Part shown: one piece after another, positions 59,282 to 64,000 of the stretch
How the letters are laid out: every line of letters begins with the position of its first letter
Numbering within the stretch: the stretch's first letter is position 1
NCBI GenBank assembly: GCA_963706025.1
Contig: CAVPLM010000014.1
Span: 32,001-96,000, forward strand
Length of the DNA: 64,000 bases
Reading direction: 5' to 3'
Source: an uncultured Actinomycetes bacterium
GTDB taxonomy: Bacteria; Actinomycetota; Thermoleophilia; RBG-16-64-13
Made by a program: the position numbers and the translations under genes
The notes under the pieces: generated by a model
The model's database searches: none
Told to the model about the DNA's origin: nothing
The model's input: only the letters and a program-made list of their open reading frames with translations

Positions 59282-59993
59282 GGTCAAGGAACTGAGCGTT
59301 TCCTACGGGGATGTCCGGGCCCTCCAGGACGTCTCCTTGGAGGTCGAGGAAGGATCGATCGTGGCTCTTGTCGGGGCTAACGGCGCCGGGAAGTCCACTC
59401 TCCTCAAGACCGTGTCGGGCCTTCTTCATCCGAAGGGAGGACAGATCCTTTTCCTGGGGGAAGACCTGGGCAAGCTCAACCCCAAGCATCGCGTCGACAG
59501 AGGCATCGTGATGGTGCCGGAAGGACGCCGGCTCTTCCAGACCCTCACAGTCCTCGAGAATCTGAGGTTGGGAGCATATCTCCCCAGGGCACGGGCCACC
59601 TACGACGAATCTCTGGAACGAGTATTCGGGCTGTTCCCGGTGCTGAAGGACCGGAAGGATGGGAAGGCCGGTCTGCTGAGCGGCGGCGAGCAGCAGATGC
59701 TGGCGATCGGGCGGGCCGTCATGGCCCACCCAAAACTGGTCATGGTCGATGAAGCCTCCCTGGGACTCAGCCCGATCCTGACGAGGGCGATCTTCGAGTT
59801 GATCGTCGCACTCAACCAACAAGAGACCACGGTTCTCATGGTCGAGCAGAACATCCACATGGCCTTGAAGATCTGCCACAAGGCGTATGTGATGAGGACC
59901 GGAAGCATCGTCCTGAGTGGGTCAGGGCAAGAGCTTCTCGCCAACGAAGACGTGCGCAAAGCCTACATAGGCGAGCGGGGGAGTCGGCTGTAA
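59262..59993 (+). CDS. livF: branched-chain amino acid-type ABC ATPase
   Basis: GANGAGKST, VPEGRRLF, LSGGEQQMLAIGRA, VEQN. Confidence 0.92.
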   Translation: MANQLLEVKELSVSYGDVRALQDVSLEVEEGSIVALVGANGAGKSTLLKTVSGLLHPKGGQILFLGEDLGKLNPKHRVDRGIVMVPEGRRLFQTLTVLENLRLGAYLPRARATYDESLERVFGLFPVLKDRKDGKAGLLSGGEQQMLAIGRAVMAHPKLVMVDEASLGLSPILTRAIFELIVALNQQETTVLMVEQNIHMALKICHKAYVMRTGSIVLSGSGQELLANEDVRKAYIGERGSRL

Positions 59994-60874
59994 TGGGTTC
60001 GCTTGCTCAGGTCCTGATCAATGGCATTCTTCTGGGGTCCATGTACGGCATCGCGGCCGCCGGCCTAAGCCTCATCTTCGGGACGATGAGGATCATCTTC
60101 CTCGCCCAAGGGGCGATGATCGTCTTCTTCGCTTTTGTATGCTACTGGCTCTTCGTCAAAGTCAGCATCGATCCGTATCTTTCCCTGCTCATAGTGGTGC
60201 CGTTCGCCTTCTTGGTGGGCTTGGGCCTGTTCTACACCCTGTTCCGGAAGGCTGTCGCCCTCGAGGATAAGAACGTCTCGCTCTTGATCGCTGTGGGTCT
60301 GATGTACCTGATCGAGAACGCGATACTGAAGGTTTGGTCGGCCACTCCGCGTGGCTTGGACATCTCGTATTCGGGCGCCACCCTCGTCTTTTGGGGCCTC
60401 CGAGTGTCGTGGCTGCGCCTTGCGCTTCTGGGGCTCGCGTTGGTGTCTGCAGGAGTCGTCTTTGTGTTCCTGAAGAAGACGCGGGTGGGGACCGCGGTGA
60501 GGGCTGCCAGCGAGGACCTGGAGGCGACGAAGCTCCAGGGGATCAATTCCCTCTGGGTATGCGCGATCAGCTTCGCCATCGGGATCGGGCTGGCGGGTGT
60601 GGCCGGTGTCGGCTTGGCCACGGTCTACTCTTTCGACTACCAGTTCGGATTCGTCTTCTCTATCAAGGCCCTGGTCGCCCTCGCTCTCGGAGGCATCGGC
60701 AACGTGTTTGGCGCTCTGGCAGGGGGCATTCTTCTGGGGATCATCGAGAACCTCGCTGCCTACTACGTGGGCATTGGATGGATCGAGATTGTCTCGTATG
60801 GGGTGTTCATGCTGGTGCTCATCTTCCTGCCCCAGGGCTTGTTCGGCAGGCGGGGGCTGGTCAAGAAAGTCTGA
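59993..60874 (+). CDS. livH: branched-chain amino acid-type ABC permease
   Basis: NGILLGSMYG..GLSLIFG, G.AVRA.SED, LGGIG. Confidence 0.9.
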   Translation: MGSLAQVLINGILLGSMYGIAAAGLSLIFGTMRIIFLAQGAMIVFFAFVCYWLFVKVSIDPYLSLLIVVPFAFLVGLGLFYTLFRKAVALEDKNVSLLIAVGLMYLIENAILKVWSATPRGLDISYSGATLVFWGLRVSWLRLALLGLALVSAGVVFVFLKKTRVGTAVRAASEDLEATKLQGINSLWVCAISFAIGIGLAGVAGVGLATVYSFDYQFGFVFSIKALVALALGGIGNVFGALAGGILLGIIENLAAYYVGIGWIEIVSYGVFMLVLIFLPQGLFGRRGLVKKV

Positions 60875-60880
60875 TTTGCG

Positions 60881-61924
60881 GTGAAAACCGGGAAGAGCGA
60901 TGGCGGTCATATGAGTCTACGCGCAGTCTCCGGCGCGTTTGGCAGACGGAAGCTGATCTGGGCGGGCCTCGCGGCCGTGGCGGTCGTGTTCTTCGCGACC
61001 CTGCCTCTCTTCTACGACGTCCACAACGGGCAGTTCGGCGTCTTCTTGTTCCTGGTGTTCATATACGGCATCGTCGCCCAGGGGTGGAACCTGGTAGGCG
61101 GGTACACGGGGCAGATCAGTCTCGGCCAGAATGCCTTCTTCGGCCTTGGAGCCTTTACCATGGCGCTACTGTGGTTCTGGGACGTTACCAAGACCAGCTA
61201 CTACTTCGATCCCCTCCTCCTGTTCCTGAGCGGAGTGACACCTGCAATCCTCGCGGTCCTGGTCGGAACGCCCCTCTTGTCCCGCCTAAGGGGCGACTAC
61301 TTCGCCTTCGGCACCCTTGGAATGGGGATGATCGTCACCGTGCTGTTCCTCAATGGGGGGGACTTCACCGGTGGGGCCGAGGGCAAGCTTCTGATCAAGA
61401 AGATGCCTGAAGGCGTGGTCTTCAACCTGCGCACTCACTACTGGGTGGCTTTGCTGGTAGCCGTTCTGGCGACTCTGGTGGTGTACATCCTGACTACTTC
61501 CAGGGTTGGGCTTGCCTTGAGGGCCATCCGGGAAGACGAGGTCTCAGCCGCGTCGCACGGGGTCCATGTCCTCAAGTACAAGGTCCTCGCGTTTGCGGTG
61601 GCGGCGGCCATGGCCGGGGTGGCCGGCGGCATATACGGCTACTATCTCCTTCAGGTAACGCCCTCCAACGTTTTCACTCAGAACTGGCTGTTCTACCCTA
61701 TTCTGATGGTCGTGCTCGGGGGGACTGGAACGCTCATGGGTCCGTGGATAGGTTCGTTCTTGATCTATGCCATGGCCTGGTACGCAGACCTGTACGCCCC
61801 GGGCTACCACCCGATATTCTCAGGGGTGATCATCATACTGGTGATGTTGTTCCTACCGGGCGGTATCATGGGGCTTGCCGAGAAGAGACCCGGTCGGCGG
61901 AGCAGAGGCTCGGCCGCCCCGTAG
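60881..61924 (+). CDS. livM: branched-chain amino acid-type ABC permease
   Basis: WNLVGGYTGQISLG, RLRGDYF, ALRAIREDE, VVLGGTGT..GP. Confidence 0.9.
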   Translation: MKTGKSDGGHMSLRAVSGAFGRRKLIWAGLAAVAVVFFATLPLFYDVHNGQFGVFLFLVFIYGIVAQGWNLVGGYTGQISLGQNAFFGLGAFTMALLWFWDVTKTSYYFDPLLLFLSGVTPAILAVLVGTPLLSRLRGDYFAFGTLGMGMIVTVLFLNGGDFTGGAEGKLLIKKMPEGVVFNLRTHYWVALLVAVLATLVVYILTTSRVGLALRAIREDEVSAASHGVHVLKYKVLAFAVAAAMAGVAGGIYGYYLLQVTPSNVFTQNWLFYPILMVVLGGTGTLMGPWIGSFLIYAMAWYADLYAPGYHPIFSGVIIILVMLFLPGGIMGLAEKRPGRRSRGSAAP

Positions 61925-62144
61925 CGCGCGCGGATCTGCAGTCACGGTCCATAGCCGCCACTGTGGCTCCGGTACCTCTGTGACATCGCGAAAAGACTCC
62001 CGTCCCCGGCTCTACACGTCAGACGCCGGACCTGTCCGGTTGCGGGGCGCGGCCGGGCGCGGGGCGGCTGGGCGCGGGGCGTGGCCGCTTCACATTTCCG
62101 TCACAGGGGGTGCACGTGCGCAGAGGAGCTAAGGGGGTACTCGC

Positions 62145-63156
62145 GTGAAGGCGGCCGTTCAGAAGGCCATCCACGTGGTGGAGGTCGAAGAGGTTCCCGA
62201 GCCTGTCACCAAGCCGGATCAGATCAAGGTCAAGATCGCCTATGCCGGGATCTGCGGCACCGACATGGAGATCCTGGAGGGGTCTTTCGGACTCGTCAAG
62301 GTCCCCACCTTTCCCAAGATCGAGGGACACGAGGCGTCGGGAACCATCGTCGAAGTGGGATCGGCGACCAAGCTCGGCTACGAAGTGGGGCAGCGAGTGG
62401 CCATGGTCCCGGTGGCGCCCTGTGGAGCCTGCTACTTCTGCAGGAGCGGGATGGAGGCGTACTGCACTCATTTCACCGAGTATTCGGGAGCCTTCGCCGA
62501 GTACGGCTACTACGCGGAGGGCCAGGTCTTTCCCATCGCCGACGACGTGAGCTTCGAGGTTGGCACCATGCTCGAACCCCTCTCTATCGCCATGCGGGCG
62601 AACCACCTGGGCCAGGTGGGCCCGGGCAAGTCGGTGGCCATCTTGGGAGCCGGCCCCATAGGCATGCTCAACCTGATCGTCGCGGTCCACAGCGGAGCCG
62701 CGGTCACCATGGTGAGCGAGCCCTTCGGCTACAAGAGGGACTTCGCCCGGCGGCTGGGCGCGACGGCGACCGTGGATCCCAAGAACGAGGACATCCTCGA
62801 AGTCACCAAGAGTCTCACGAACGGCCTCGGCTTCGACGCGGTGATCGACTGCACAGGCAAGCTCGCCGGAGCGGAACAGGCCGTGAAGCTGGCCGGTCCG
62901 GGGGCGCATGTGGTCTGGGCGGCGGTGTATCCCGTGGGGGGGACGGTGCTGGTCGAACCGTGGGCCGTCTTCGAGAAAGACCTCAGCATCCACGGCGTCT
63001 TCCAATCGCCGTACTTCCTGTGGCGAGCGAACAAGATGCTCTCGGTGCTGGATCTCGAGTCCTCTGGTATCACACGTGTACGCGCTCGACGACATCAACC
63101 AGGCCTTCGCCGATCAGCGCGCGGGCAAAGTCATGAAGGCGTTGGTCAGGCCCTGA
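62145..63156 (+). CDS. zinc-dependent alcohol dehydrogenase (MDR family); frameshift near 63065
   Basis: GICGTD, GHE, CGACYFC..C, EPL, GAGPIG; C-terminus SHVYALDDINQAF..K. Confidence 0.9.
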
Positions 63157-63189
63157 CCTGCGCTCACCACTAAACAGGAGGGTCTTCTT

Positions 63190-63651
63190 ATGTCCGCGCA
63201 AGAACCGACGTACCACGGCACCCGGCTCCACCACGTAGGGGTGGTGGTGAAGGACATCGACAAAGCTATAGCTCACCTGGAAGCCCTTGGCTTCGGCCCC
63301 TTCAAGTTCGATGACGAGCACAAGGTGTTCGCCATCAACTTCAAGGGGGAGCTTCACGGCAGGCCGGCCGAGTGGACCACCAAGATCAGCAACGCCCTCA
63401 TGGGCGACGTGGAGCTCGAGCTCCTCGAGCCGTATGAGGGCGACCAGGCTCTCAAGGAAACGCTCGACGCCCAGGGCGAAGGTCTCCACCACATCGGCTG
63501 GTTGACCACCGACCTTCAGGGAGACATCGAGCGGGCGACGGCTCGGGGGGCCAAGGTGTGGACGAGCTCCTTCCCCGTGGGGCAGCCCGGCTTCTGCTAC
63601 TTCGAGAATAGCGAGATCGGCAACCTCGCCATCGAGCTAAGGGAGCCGTAG
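63190..63651 (+). CDS. VOC/glyoxalase family (methylmalonyl-CoA epimerase-like) protein
   Basis: HHVGVVVKD, ELELLEP, GEGLHHIG, IEL. Confidence 0.85.
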   Translation: MSAQEPTYHGTRLHHVGVVVKDIDKAIAHLEALGFGPFKFDDEHKVFAINFKGELHGRPAEWTTKISNALMGDVELELLEPYEGDQALKETLDAQGEGLHHIGWLTTDLQGDIERATARGAKVWTSSFPVGQPGFCYFENSEIGNLAIELREP

Positions 63652-63654
63652 GCC

Positions 63655-64000
63655 ATGAAAGCTGCACTCACGTACGGGCCCTTCGACACTCGGGTAGAGG
63701 AGGTCCCCGAACCGACTCCCGGCCCGGGCGAGATCAAGGTCAAGATCGCCTACTGCGGCATCTGCGGCACCGACCCCGAGATCTACGACGGGAGCTTCGG
63801 TCTCCTCAAGGCTCCCTGGTGGCCCAAGCCTCCGTTCACGACGGGACACGAAGCCTCCGGCGTAATCGCCGAGCTGGGCCCCGGGCTGCTCGAGGGATAC
63901 CAGGTCGGCCGGCGGGTGGCCATGAACTTCCGCACCTATTGCGGAAAGTGCTACTACTGTCGCTCCATGAGGGAGCAGTACTGCGAGCACGTCACCTCGT
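63655..64000 (+). CDS. zinc-dependent alcohol dehydrogenase, N-terminal part (runs off window end)
   Basis: Manual translation MKAALTYGP..YCGICGTDPEI..GHEASG..CGKCYYC..C. Confidence 0.88.
   Translation, partial: MKAALTYGPFDTRVEEVPEPTPGPGEIKVKIAYCGICGTDPEIYDGSFGLLKAPWWPKPPFTTGHEASGVIAELGPGLLEGYQVGRRVAMNFRTYCGKCYYCRSMREQYCEHVTS

Overview
High-GC bacterial chromosome segment. Leaderless-style promoters, a zinc anti-sigma/ECF pair and a Thr-rich lipoprotein linker suggest an Actinomycetota anaerobe such as Thermoleophilia; this is inference only. There are four blocks. (1) 1-17.5 kb: zwf/gnd, oxidoreductases, HtrA, a nitroreductase, a UGA-recoded (UxxC) peroxiredoxin-like selenoprotein whose N-terminus the ORF track missed, SPFH, MFS, a TetR-linked CocE/M24/EamA/radical SAM module and an ECF sigma/anti-sigma pair. 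(2) 17.6-40.1 kb: a surface-glycan locus with an initiating Und-P transferase, nine GT or GT-like genes, a deacetylase, a GNAT, two radical SAM enzymes (one fused to a bicupin), a single-chain ABC flippase-like exporter and an O-antigen-ligase/TPR protein, but no Wzx or Wzz. This is a candidate en-bloc protein or cell-wall glycosylation system. (3) 40.2-44.1 kb: a ThDP enzyme, an SDR and a left-handed beta-helix protein. (4) 44.4-64 kb: an anaerobic organic or aromatic acid catabolic cluster (DUF362-FeS, TetR, thiolase, LDH-like, OYE-type reductase, aryl-CoA ligase, four-subunit 2-oxoacid:ferredoxin oxidoreductase, Liv-type ABC importer, Zn-ADHs, VOC). Many genes in blocks 1 and 4 carry single-base frameshifts that look like long-read errors. 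No rRNA, tRNA, CRISPR array or transposase was seen.
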